Positions 25,134 to 35,404 are shown, counted from the first letter of the stretch. The stretch: DNA of 64,000 bases from an uncultured cyanobacterium (GCA_963744145.1 CAVUSO010000001.1:5632001-5696000), one strand, 5' to 3'. Notes: a model not told the origin generated them from the sequence alone. Translations and numbers: made by a program.

Positions 25134-26242
25134 ATGTTGACAAATAATCAGCCCCACATGAATAAATCATCAATTCTCAGGAAAATTAAAGGGATTACTA
25201 TATTATTTCTCTTGGTTTTCCTGGGTATAACTACCTGGGCAGTTCCGGCTACAGACTCAATTCCAATCCCAATTACGATTTAGTACCTTTAGTTTCTTCT
25301 CAACCTACTACTCATAAGTTAAACCCGACATTTAACCAGAAAACAGTCGATTTGGGGATTACACCAACAGGATGGAGCAATGAGGACGATCGCACCATTG
25401 ACCTTAAGCCTCCTATTCCCTATCAACAGATGCTCAGTGAAATGGCTTTAGCTGGATTTGAAGGTTCGCAAAAATCCTATAAGTATCCACAAAACATCAA
25501 GGATTTGAAATACGAGTTAAATCTTCGTAAATTGAGGATTTCTGAACCTTGGGCGAGTACTTATTTCACTTTGCGTGGAAAGGACGATCCAGAGACCTTG
25601 GCAGATTTCCAAAAACAAATGGAATTTATGGAGGCAATGTGTGGGAAAAATATTGTAGTAGCTGAATTGAGTTATGCTGTTCATCAAAAAAACTGGTTAG
25701 ATCCTTTAGTTGCCAGACCAAAGTTTAATGATGCTGAATGGGAAGATTTGCTGGCAGGACTGAACCACCTTGGTCAATTAGCCAAGGACAACAATATGCA
25801 GTTGATTTATCACCCCCATATCGGTACAGGAGTAGAAAATTTAGCTGATATAGATCGCTTGATGAAAGGGACCAACCCGGAATATGTGAATCTGCTTTTG
25901 GATACTGGCCACTTGTACTACGCAGGAGTGGATCCTTTAGAAGTAGCAAAAAAATATTCAGATCGCATCAAGCACGTTCACTTGAAAAATATTCGTCAGT
26001 CAGTTTTAAATGACTCCAAAAAAACTGGTCGTAGCTTTTTAGATTCAATCCGGGCTGGAATATTTACTGTACCGGGAGACCCGGCTGGTGTAATTGATTT
26101 TCACCCGATTCTACAAGAGTTGGCTAACCATGACTATGAGGGATGGTTGATGGTAGAAGCAGAACAAGACCCTAACCAAGGTAATCCTTTACAATACGCT
26201 CTTATAGCTCGTAAATATCTACGAGATGAAATAGGGTTTTAA
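25134..26242 (+). CDS. IolE-like (myo-inosose-2 dehydratase) TIM-barrel protein with signal peptide; -1 frameshift at about 25254
   Basis: GITPTGWSNED, YHPHIGT, LLDTGH, HVHLKN, VEAEQDP motifs; upstream frame 25134-25253 encodes a signal peptide (..TTWAVPAT) that joins the open frame after one missing base. Confidence 0.75.
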
Positions 26243-26376
26243 TCCCCTAGTTGGAATTTACTTAAAGACTGAGTAATGAATGGGGAGTAGACGGTATTTA
26301 AAGATAGAAAAGATATCTAGAATTACTGAAAATCTACTTCCCAATTAATTGAGCAATACGCGGAGGTTATCTCAAG

Positions 26377-26772
26377 ATGAGTTACAACGATGAAGATCAA
26401 GAGAAAATTAGAATAGTATTTGAAGAAAAATATTCTAATTGTGTTAGAAACCGCGACCTAGATGGTTACGGAGAACTGTACACAGAAGATGCTCTTTGGA
26501 TGTCACCAAATGTCGCAGATCGGCGCGGAATTCCTGATATCAAAGAAGGCTTTTCATTGCAAATTGCCAATCAAAATATCGATCCAACATTCACTGCTGA
26601 CGAAATCGAAGTTATGGGTGAGACAGGCTATGTTGTTGGTATGTCTGAAGCCAGGATTTCCCCGCTAGATGGCAACCCACCTAAAATTGTCAAATATAGA
26701 GCTTTATGGGTAATGAAAAAAAAGGATGAGACCTGGAAAATAGACCGTCAGATTTGGAATGTAAAACCTTAG
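26377..26772 (+). CDS. NTF2-like (DUF4440/SnoaL) protein
   Basis: LYTEDA and WKIDRQIWN motifs; RBS GGAGG. Confidence 0.8.
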   Translation: MSYNDEDQEKIRIVFEEKYSNCVRNRDLDGYGELYTEDALWMSPNVADRRGIPDIKEGFSLQIANQNIDPTFTADEIEVMGETGYVVGMSEARISPLDGNPPKIVKYRALWVMKKKDETWKIDRQIWNVKP

Positions 26773-26850
26773 TCTTACACAAGCAACAAGGATTTTACTT
26801 TCAAACCACCTTGATTATTTAGTCCTAATTATAAACTAAGGAATGGTAAG

Positions 26851-27865
26851 ATGAGCGACCATATGCTCGTTCCTAAAGATATATATCTTAGCTTTTTCAT
26901 GTTCACAACTAATTTGAAACCGGATGACTGTGAGTATAAGAAAGTTGTCATCAAGCACATGAAAGAGCTGAAGAAACTCGGTTATACTGGCTTCGAGTTT
27001 CCGATCGCGCCCCCCGGGATTTACAATTACGCCCAAGAGCTGAAGAATTACATCAAACTGCGTCGTGATATAGACGATGAGGAAGAATTAACTGGTGTAA
27101 AAATTGCGACAAACGTAGGTACAACTCGGACATTAGACCCTAGCTCACCTTACCCAGAGCAAAGACAAGGAGCGTTGGAGTATCTTAAGTCACGGGTTGA
27201 CATCACTGCGGCCCTAGGGGGTGAAATTATGATGGGTCCCCTGATTTTCCCTTACGGTGTTTTTCCAGTTACAGATGGCAATACTCCCATCTGGAGCGAC
27301 GAACTGCAAGACTATCTGGCAGTTCGCTATGAGAATGCTAAACCCATTCTCAATCAGTTAGGTGAATATGCAGAGAGCAAAAAGGTCAAATTGGCGATCG
27401 AACCGATAACTCACTGGGAAACTCCCGGTGTTAATAAGTTATCACAACTACTGGAATTTCTCAAGGGGGTTCACAGTAAACAAGTTGGAGTTGTGATTGA
27501 TAGTGCCCACGAAATCTTGGATGGGGATGGACCGGAAGTTTTTGCTAGACAAGTACAAGAACTTGCCCAGGACGGACGGCTTCATTATGTTCAAGCTTCG
27601 ACCTCCCGATCGCGGTGCCGTTCATACAAGTTGGATTCCTTGGCAGCATATATTTCAACCAATTCTGCAAGTCTATCACGGTCCAATCGCGATCGAGATT
27701 TTCAATGCTATCCCAGCTTTTGCTAACTCCCTTCGTTTGAGTCGCCGTAAGTTTTGGATACCAGGAGAAGATACTCCGAATCAATACCCGAGTGCTTATG
27801 AGATTGCGGAGGAAGCGCTGAAAGTTACTCGTCAAGAATTAAGTCAAATCGCTACCAAACCTTAG
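26851..27865 (+). CDS. Sugar phosphate isomerase/epimerase (tagatose-3-epimerase-like TIM barrel); +1 frameshift at about 27601
   Basis: AIEPITHWE, IDSAHE, HYVQAS-PPDRG, AIEIF; two ORFs join when one A is removed. Confidence 0.8.
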
Positions 27866-27876
27866 CAATACACATA

Positions 27877-27918
27877 AAAAATAGAACTGTTGTGATAATT
27901 GGAACAGTTCTATTTTTT
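27877..27918 (+). terminator. Hairpin terminator
   Basis: AAAAATAGAACTGTT..AACAGTTCTATTTTTT. Confidence 0.6.
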
Positions 27919-27986
27919 CTGGGCCAAACAGAGCAGGAAATTAATGGCCAGGACGCCGAACTGGAAGTTTCCTCAATCAATATAAG

Positions 27987-28319
27987 TTGATACTCTCAGG
28001 TCTAAAGACCATGAGATTCTTGAATAGTCCAGAGTCTGAACTTCAAAGGCGCGTACAAGACACCTCTACTGATTTCACTTAGGACCAGCCTAAGATCCAC
28101 CGCTACTTTGGTTTTGGATTAACAACTGTCGGGTATTTCGCCAGTACGGGCGTATTGCAATACGCCCCTTCGTTGTTACTCCTATGCTAACGCAACTATT
28201 TCGATAATTAAAGTAATTATCGAAATAATCAGGAAATATTTTCAGGTGGTTAAAACCACTTGGGCCGTTTCCCTCTCAGGTCTAAAGAACCCTAGCTTCG
28301 ACTTACCAGGTTTTTTTTT
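27987..28319 (-). mobile_element. Non-autonomous IS200/IS605-family element (PATE-like) with putative TnpB omegaRNA
   Basis: Minus strand begins AAAAAAAAACCTGGTAAG..TCTTTAGACCTGAGAG (left-end hairpin) and ends GAATCTCATGGTCTTTAGACCTGAGAGTATCAA (right end, TCAA); CTCTCAGGTCTAAAGA occurs at both ends; no ORF, no TSD. Confidence 0.8.
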
Positions 28320-30267
28320 ATGAGCGTCAAAAAACCAATTAGAAATACCATTATATCAGTTTTTTTGATTTTTATCTTAGCTGTAGCTTTTACCCTGTGC
28401 GGGTGGAAATCAGCAATGGCAGATGTCGGGACTCCCGAAACCATGGGAAAATGGGAAACTGTTCCCATCCCTGAATTGCCGTGGATGCAATCAGTTCATA
28501 CCATAGTTTTGCCCGATGGAAAAGTGATGAGTCTTAACGGTAGCAGCTTTCGCAACACCCTAGTTAATGACAATGGGAAAACCTCTTTTGTCGAGGGAGT
28601 TTCAATCGGAAAGTATGAGCTGATTGACAATACTTCACTTTTTGACCCTAAAACTAATAAATTTGAGCGCATTAAGTCTCCACCAGCCATACAAGATGGG
28701 GAGAGCAACGATTTATTTTGCGCTGGTCATTTACAACTAGCCGATGGTAAAATCCTGTTGATCAGTGGAACTGGGCGTTATTATCCCGGGGGAAGATTTA
28801 CAGGTTCCAGGCAAGCCAACCTTTATAATTGGAAAACAGGTAAGTGGTCTGCTTTACCTCAAATGAAGGAGGGACGGTGGTATCCAACTTTAGTGGAACT
28901 ATCTGATGGCAAAATAGTGATTTTTTCGGGTCTAAAAATCAATGCTCCTAACCAAATTAATCCAAGTATTGAAATCTACGACCCTGAAACCGAAAAATTT
29001 CAATATATTGACTTGACAGGAATCGAAGACAGTCCCTTCAATACTAAAATCAGTGATGCCGATGGCTATGATAGTATTGACCTCTATCCTCGGGTCTTCC
29101 CAACTACTGACGGTAGACTTTTGATTACGGGAGATGAAGCGGGAATTGCCAATGTTTTCGTTCAGAATAAAAGCAAGAAAAGCTACTTAATGTCTCTCCA
29201 AAAACAGGCAGATGGTCAATTTTCAGTCAGCTTTGAAGTCGGTCCTGAAAGATTTGAAACTAATAAAGCTTACGGAACTGGTTTACAAGTTCCTAACTCT
29301 GAAGATGTATTATTAATTGGTGGGATGATAGGCACCAATGATATCAACTTTGGTAGAGGGGGTAAGACAGCTAGCTATGCAGAAGGGACTAGGGTATCCC
29401 GTAGTTTACAGCGTTGGGTGGCTCCCAGTCTTAGTAAAGAAAAGAACGGCAAGTGGGAATATGTTCAAACGTTTCTAGACAAACCACGCGCCAATGTTCA
29501 AGCCGTGATTCTGCCGAGTAAAGAAATTTTGGTACTCAATGGTGGTCAATATCCAGAATACCTGCCTGTGTACGAGCCTCTATTGATGACTCCGACTAAA
29601 GATGCGGCGGTTCCAGGAGGCTACAGCACTAAGCCGATGAATCCGGCTAAATTACCTAGACTTTATCATAATGGAGCAGTACCTGCTACCAGATGCTCGT
29701 GTTTTAACGATTGGTGGCAATGGCAATAGAGCGGCAGTGGAAAAAGATGGAAAAATTCGCGTTGATATAGGGCGAGATAATAAAAATAATTTTATCTTAG
29801 CCAAGCTGACGGACAACACAGGCAAGGAGCAGGAATTCTCTCTTCAATCTTATTACGAAGCGCCACAAAGTTATTTCGCTAGGGGCGATAAGGAACCCTT
29901 CGTACCTGCGGAAATTTGGCAACCGGAAATCTTTAGTCCCCCCTATCTATTCAAGCCTGGTGCTCGACCAGAAATTCTCGAGGCTCCTAGCATTATTAAA
30001 TACGGTTTATCGGGCAAGTTATCAGTCAAAGATGCTACTCAAAACGGTTCTTTGGTGCTGGTCAAACCTGGTTCAGTAACACACTCTTTCGATTTTGGAC
30101 AACGCTTGGTTGAATTGAAAATTCAAACTTCAGCCGATCGCGCTGAAATTGAATTTACCGCACCAACCAACGCTAATCTTTACCCACCAGGGTACTACAT
30201 GATGTTCTACCTCAATGACATCGGCAAGCCTTCCCATGCCCAAATGGTGAAGTTAGAAGCTGCTTAA
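28320..30267 (+). CDS. Secreted galactose-oxidase-like copper radical oxidase; +1 frameshift at about 29682
   Basis: Signal peptide; DLFCAGH (Cys), RWYPT (Tyr), RLYHN (Tyr/His), VTHS (His), PPGYYM C-terminal domain; ORFs join as GAVLLPD. Confidence 0.87.
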
Positions 30268-30354
30268 AAGTATCATCAAAATTTGTGATCAGTGTTGCTG
30301 AGTAATCCTAACAGCAACACTCTACTTTCAACTATAAAATAAGGACTCAATCCA

Positions 30355-31782
30355 ATGACACTCACAGAAAAAGATTTACAAAACCTACCAGGAGATGGAG
30401 AAGGTATCGATCCCTATAACCCTGGTAAATACGAACAATTGCTTGAAGATTTACAGGGTAATATTCTCAATTCTCACGGACGTGATTATAGCGTCCATCT
30501 ATTTTTGCAATTCAAGGCTGGTAAAGTAGATGATGCCAAAAAATGGATTCAAAATTTTGCCACGCAATATGTAAAATCTGCTAAACAACAGGCTGAAAGC
30601 GCAAGTCTCTACAGAGAAAAACACATTAACGGTGGGGTATTTAGTAACTTTTTTTTAACAGTTAAGGGTTATGAGTATCTCCGCTATTCTCCAGCAAAAA
30701 TCCCCAGCAATCAACCTTTTCGTTTCGGAATGAAAAACCCGACGATCGCCAAATCGTTAGGAGACCCAGAAGTTAAAAAATGGGAGCCCGGTTATCAAGA
30801 AGAAATTCATGCTTTAGTAATAATGGCAGATGATAACTTAGTAGCCTTACTCCAAAAAGTTAACACAATGATGCAACAGATGTACCATGTTGCTGAAGTT
30901 CTTAACCGAGAAGATGGTTTTATTTTGAAAAATTCTCGAGGGCAATTTGTTGAACATTTTGGCTTTGTAGATAATATCAGTCAGCCGCTATTTCTGAAAC
31001 GGGAAATTCAACTAGCCAAAGAAAAAGGTGGTAACTTTAGCAAATGGGACCCTAGGGCTTCTTTAGAAACTATCTTAGCTAAAGATCCCAATGGTAAGAA
31101 AGAAGATAGCTATGGTAGTTATCTAGTTTACCGCAAACTGGAACAAAATGTCAAAGGATTCCGTGAAGACCAGCGCAAACTAGCTGAAGAACTAGGTGTA
31201 ACCGAAGATTTAGCCGGTGCCCTGGTTGTCGGTAGGTTTTTCGATGGAACGCCAGTCACTCTCCAAGATCAACCTCTGTACGCCAACCCGATCCGACCGT
31301 TGGATACGATGAATGAGTTCGATTACAGCGATGATACCGAGGGAACAAAGTGCCCGTTCCATTCTCACCTCCGTAAAACTAACCCTCGAGGAGACACAGG
31401 ACGTGTAGAATCTTCGGTAACTTACGAAGATTCCTTGCAATTAGAAAGACGCCATCGCATCGTTCGTCGCGGTCTTAGTTTTGGAGAAGATGACTTGAAC
31501 CAGGAACCTGAAACTGGCTCAGGATTGCTCTTTTTGTGTTTTCAAGCTGATATTGAAAATCAGTTCAATTTTATCCAAGCAGCATGGTCTAATTCGCCTA
31601 ACTTTGTCAAGATCGATGTTGGACCTGATCCCCTGATTAGTAACCCATCAACTAGCCCTCATAGGTGACCAGTGAAGTGGGGGAAAGCGAAGGTTAAACA
31701 ATGTGCCTTTAGCCTCTGGGTAACCCTCAAAGGTGGTGAATACTTTTTTGCCCCTAGTATCAGCTCTCTCAAAAGCATATAA
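30355..31782 (+). CDS. DyP-type heme peroxidase with in-frame TGA at 31666-31668
   Basis: EHFGFVDNISQP, SHLRKTNPR, IVRRG, GLLFLCFQ; the conserved tail VTLKGGEYFFAPSIS continues in frame after the TGA (expected Trp). Confidence 0.88.
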
Positions 31783-31842
31783 ATGCGGTGAATGCGGTGA
31801 TCGGCATCCGGATCACACAAACGGGATCGCTCTGACATCTGT

Positions 31843-31890
31843 GGGAGCATCCCGTTTTTGTAGATCCGGAGCATCCCGCTTTTGTAGATC
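31843..31890. repeat. Two tandem ~24-bp repeats
   Basis: GGAGCATCCCG(T/C)TTTTGTAGATCC twice; related inverted motif near 20414. Confidence 0.6.
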
Positions 31891-31917
31891 CCCCACCCGC
31901 TACAGGTTGAAACCAAT

Positions 31918-32099
31918 GTCGGGGAGAATATTTTCCCGAACCGTTCATGGTTACTCAAGATTGGGTCTTGCTCTAGGAACTAGGGGCAAATTGTTGGCGA
32001 GTTGATCCTGTCCCACCATGATGGTGATTAGATTTGCTGTGGGAATATAGTCTGAGAGTGTTGACTAAATAGCCATGGTAATCTGGTCGGAAATGAAAT
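31918..32099 (+). pseudogene. Degenerate duplicate fragment of the GH2-GT2 gene
   Basis: 31918-32064 aligns without gaps to 9456-9602 (18 mismatches in 147 by hand count, with stops); 32077-32099 matches about 9719-9741. Confidence 0.9.
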
Positions 32100-32181
32100 C
32101 CGCTACTTTGGCTCAAGTTGTTCATTTTTTGGCTATTGTCTTATTATATTAGTCAACTATTGAAATAAATTTCCTAAAAAT

Positions 32182-32448
32182 ATGAAACCAAATATTATTG
32201 TTATTGTGAGTTCAGAGAGGAAGTTAGAAATTCCCCCAGAAATTGAAGCTCAACTTAATCCTGGCGATCGATATAGTGTGATTGTTACCGCAGATCGGAT
32301 TGTTTTTCAGAAGGTAGCTGGTTTTGACTGGGAGGAACTACGACGACGTAGAGAGTCTTTACCACCCGAGCCTAATCCGATGACAATGGAGGAAATTTGC
32401 GAAATTGTTAGAGAAGTCCGTCGCGAAAAACGTTTGGAAAAAGAATGA
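32182..32448 (+). CDS. AbrB/MazE-like antitoxin, copy 1 (orphan)
   Basis: VSSERKLEIPPEI..LNPGD..IVFQK swapped-hairpin pattern; near-identical to 34427 and 35822. Confidence 0.75.
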   Translation: MKPNIIVIVSSERKLEIPPEIEAQLNPGDRYSVIVTADRIVFQKVAGFDWEELRRRRESLPPEPNPMTMEEICEIVREVRREKRLEKE

Positions 32449-32591
32449 AGCATCAGATCATCCTGATCGCTAATAAGCCTGCAATTTTATCGTAAATTGG
32501 GATAAAATTAGAAAACTCTACTGATGAATAAATCAATCTTAACAAGGGAGGATTATAATATGTCATCAAATGCTATCCGCTAAACACGCTT

Positions 32592-32805
32592 TCAGATCTG
32601 GACAACCAGTACATAAAGTGTAGAGATGGCCAGTCTAAGTTCTTGATTGGACTACGTTACTTGGGTCATGGCACCTGCGAGTGCTTTCCAGCTTTTAGCT
32701 CTGCCGTTCAGTTTTAAACATTCCTATTTAGCTAAGAAAGTGAACTGAACATGACAAGCCTAAGTAACATTGACGAGGAAAAAATTACCTGAGAAATCAG
32801 AGTTT
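32592..32805 (+). ncRNA. omegaRNA (HEARO-type) scaffold
   Basis: Directly upstream of iscB with typical blocks CCAGTCTAAG, GACTACGTTA, CCAGC..GCTCTG, TAAACA, AACATTGACGAGG; ends approximate. Confidence 0.78.
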
Positions 32806-32810
32806 CAACT

Positions 32811-34085
32811 ATGTCTAACTTTGTTTTTGTGATCGACACCAACAAGCGCCCTATTAATCCTGTTCATCCAGCACAAGCTCGATTGTTGTTGAATCAGGGG
32901 AAAGCTGCTATATTTCGGAGATTTCCATTTACGATCATCTTAAAAACTGCATCAATACAAGTAACAAAACCGATTCAGTTAAAAATAGATCCAGGTTCTC
33001 AAATAACTGGTCTGGCATTAGTATCTAATGATGCAGTTATTTGGGGTGCTGAATTAACTCACCGTGGTCAAGCAATTAAAGCTAATCTTGAGTCTCGGCG
33101 AGCGCTGCGTCGTAATCGGCGGAACCGCAAAACTCGTTATCGCCAATTACGGTTTCTAAATAGAACTCGTTGCAAAGGTTGGTTAGCTCCCAGCATGGAA
33201 CACCGAGTAGAAACTACTCTAACCTGGGTAAATAGGCTAAGGAAATTTGCACCAATTAGTTCTATTTCCCAAGAACTGGTCAGGTTTGATCTGCAACGGT
33301 TAGAGGCTCCTGAAATATCGGGCATTGAGTACCAACAAGGAGAGCTACAAGGCTACGAAGTTCGCGAATACTTACTGAATAAGTGGGGCAGAAAATGTGT
33401 TTATTGTGGAGCAGAAAATACGCCCCTAGAGATTGAACATATTTTGGCTAAAAGCAGAGGTGGGACGGATAGAGTTAGCAATCTTACCCTAGCTTGTCAT
33501 ACTTGTAATCAGAGAAAAGGTAATCAGTCAATTGAGAAATTTCTCCACAACAAACCAGATGTTTTGAGACGGGTTCTAGCACAAGCCAAAGCACCATTAA
33601 AAGACGCTGCTGCTGTCAACTCTACCCGATGGGCATTATTCAACCGACTCAAGGAAACCGGATTACCAGTTGAAACCGGAACTGGTGGCAGAACCAAATT
33701 TAACCGCGTTAAGTTTGGGATTGAAAAGCGTCACTATCTAGATGCGGCTTGTGTGGGCGTAGTTGAGAAATTAACTTTGAAAACTACTAAGCCCTTACTG
33801 ATTACTGCTAAGGGTTGGGGTACTCGCCAGATGTCTACTACCAACCAATATGGTTTTCCTATAAGACATCGCACCAGACAGAAAGCTTTTTTTGGGTTTC
33901 AAACTGGGGATATAGTTCGCGCTACTCTACCAAAAGGAAAATTCGCAGGAATACATATCGGGCGCTTAACTGTTCGTGCCACAGGTGTTTTTGAAATGGT
34001 GACAGTCAAGGGCAAAGTTAGCCCTGTCAGAGCTAAATACTGCCAAATAGTTCATCGGGTTGATGGATACAATTATGCCGCATAA
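32811..34085 (+). CDS. iscB: RNA-guided endonuclease IscB
   Basis: PLMP-like PINP; RuvC-I IDPG; Arg-rich bridge helix; RuvC-II QELVRFD; HNH CVYC..EH..N..CHTCN; RuvC-III HYLDA. Confidence 0.95.
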   Translation: MSNFVFVIDTNKRPINPVHPAQARLLLNQGKAAIFRRFPFTIILKTASIQVTKPIQLKIDPGSQITGLALVSNDAVIWGAELTHRGQAIKANLESRRALRRNRRNRKTRYRQLRFLNRTRCKGWLAPSMEHRVETTLTWVNRLRKFAPISSISQELVRFDLQRLEAPEISGIEYQQGELQGYEVREYLLNKWGRKCVYCGAENTPLEIEHILAKSRGGTDRVSNLTLACHTCNQRKGNQSIEKFLHNKPDVLRRVLAQAKAPLKDAAAVNSTRWALFNRLKETGLPVETGTGGRTKFNRVKFGIEKRHYLDAACVGVVEKLTLKTTKPLLITAKGWGTRQMSTTNQYGFPIRHRTRQKAFFGFQTGDIVRATLPKGKFAGIHIGRLTVRATGVFEMVTVKGKVSPVRAKYCQIVHRVDGYNYAA

Positions 34086-34426
34086 TCCACTTATGTCCAC
34101 TTATTCGGCGATTAGAGGTGATCTGATCGCGACCTTGGTCAAAATTATGGAATCTTTGCCCGAAACTCTCCAAGACCAAGTAGTTCAGTATTTGCGAGAA
34201 TATATTGAAGATTTAAGGGACGAAGAGCAATGGAATTTATCTTTTCAGAATACACAAAAATCCCTGATTATGGCTGCACAACGAGCCAAACAGGAAATTG
34301 CCGCAGGAAAAGCACAGCCATTAGATATTGAGCAGTTATAAAATTGGCTACTTTGGGTCATGTTGTTCATTTTTTGGCTATTGTGTTATTATATTAGTCA
34401 ACTATTGAAATAAATGTCCTAAAAAT

Positions 34427-34756
34427 ATGAAAGCAAATATTACTGTTCTTGTGAGTTCAGAGGGAAAGTTAGAAATCCCCCCAGAAATCGAAGCTCAACT
34501 CAATCCTGGCGATCGATATAGTGTAATTGTTACCGCAGATCGGATTGTTTTTCAGAAGGTAGCTGGTTTCGACTGGGAGGAACTACGACGACGTAGAGAG
34601 TCTTTACCAAACTATCCCAGTCGCCGAGAATTTATGAAATTGCCACTAGAAGATAGGCGAAATATTTTAGCAAAACAAGCTGAGGTCATGTTGCAGCATT
34701 ACCAACAAGATAGAGAATGGCAAGAATTAGAAGCAGGAGATTTAATTGACTACTAA
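34427..34756 (+). CDS. AbrB/MazE-like antitoxin, copy 2 (chimeric C-terminus)
   Basis: N-terminal 60 aa nearly identical to copy 1; C-terminus matches the 36807-36885 fragment; overlaps the toxin gene. Confidence 0.8.
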   Translation: MKANITVLVSSEGKLEIPPEIEAQLNPGDRYSVIVTADRIVFQKVAGFDWEELRRRRESLPNYPSRREFMKLPLEDRRNILAKQAEVMLQHYQQDREWQELEAGDLIDY

Positions 34757-35108
34757 TTCTCCTTCTCCTAAACGGGGTGATATTTGGGTTGCTAATTTTG
34801 ATCCAACCGTGGGAGTAGAAATCAAAAAAATCCGTCCATCTGTAGTGGTAAGTTCTGATAGTGTTGGTAAGTTACCACTCAAATTGGCTGCACCGATAAC
34901 AGCTTGGAAAGAATATTATGCTGGCAATATCTGGCACGTTAAGATTGACCCAGATATTGCTAATGGTTTAACGAAAGTTTCAGCAGTTGATGTGTTGCAA
35001 TTGCGAGGCATGGATGTACAAAGATTTATTCGTAAAATCGGAGAAATTTCGACTACTGATATAGAGGAAATTGCCAGAGCGATCGCTATTTTAGTAGAGT
35101 ATTATTAG
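34746..35108 (+). CDS. PemK/MazF-family toxin
   Basis: RGDIWVANFDPTVGVEIKKIRPSVVVS; DVLQLRGMD. Confidence 0.92.
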   Translation: MTTNSPSPKRGDIWVANFDPTVGVEIKKIRPSVVVSSDSVGKLPLKLAAPITAWKEYYAGNIWHVKIDPDIANGLTKVSAVDVLQLRGMDVQRFIRKIGEISTTDIEEIARAIAILVEYY

Positions 35109-35166
35109 TTACTTATAAAGCGCGATCACACTCAATCCTGGCCATCGATATATAGCGAATCTAAAT

Positions 35167-35289
35167 GAAACATGAACAGAACCCTTCGACAGGCTCAGGG
35201 CAAGTTTTGTCTGGATTTGTAGGGGCAAAGCATTTCGGCAGATCCGCGATCGGCTCAACGCAGAAAATTATGACCGAAATGCTTTGCCC
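35167..35289. repeat. ~123-bp REP-type repeat, copy 1 (copy 2 at 37107-37229)
   Basis: Near-identical direct copies containing CCCTTCGACAGGCTCAGGG and the GGGCAAAGCATTTCGG..CCGAAATGCTTTGCCC hairpin. Confidence 0.9.
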
Positions 35290-35317
35290 TCGGCCATTTA
35301 TGAATCAAATAGATTGA

Positions 35318-35404
35318 CTTGGTCAAATTATTAGAGCTGATTATCAAGTATCTTTAGTCGTTTTTGCTGAAGAAAATGAGGAGATATTACAATGGGAACA
35401 TTAG
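35318..35404 (+). pseudogene. xisH: XisH C-terminal remnant
   Basis: LGQIIRADYQVSLVVFAEENEEILQWEH* overlapping the xisI start, as in xisHI pairs. Confidence 0.6.

Larger units (their letters stand above)
32578..34128 (+). mobile_element. IscB-encoding IS200/IS605-superfamily element without TnpA
   Basis: Removal restores the host ORF (3-nt ATC ambiguity); contains omegaRNA plus iscB only. Confidence 0.7.
32560..34341 (+). pseudogene. Small antitoxin-like gene split by the IscB element
   Basis: RBS GGGAGG then ATG TCA TCA AAT GCT ATC (32560-32577) joins GCG ACC TTG GTC.. (34129-34341) to give MSSNAIATLVKIMESLPE..AGKAQPLDIEQL. Confidence 0.7.

Noticed and set aside
20414..31890. GGAGCATCCCGTTTT-like motifs flanking the redox cluster as composite-transposon ends
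   Set aside because: Short, degenerate, oriented away from the cluster, with no TSD or transposase
31918..32064. Repeat pair with 9456-9602 as a diversity-generating retroelement TR/VR
   Set aside because: Mismatches are not adenine-specific in either direction, and no reverse transcriptase is in the window
34060..34341. 93-aa ORF as listed in the ORF track
   Set aside because: Its first ~22 codons are IscB-element sequence; the likely true start is 32560
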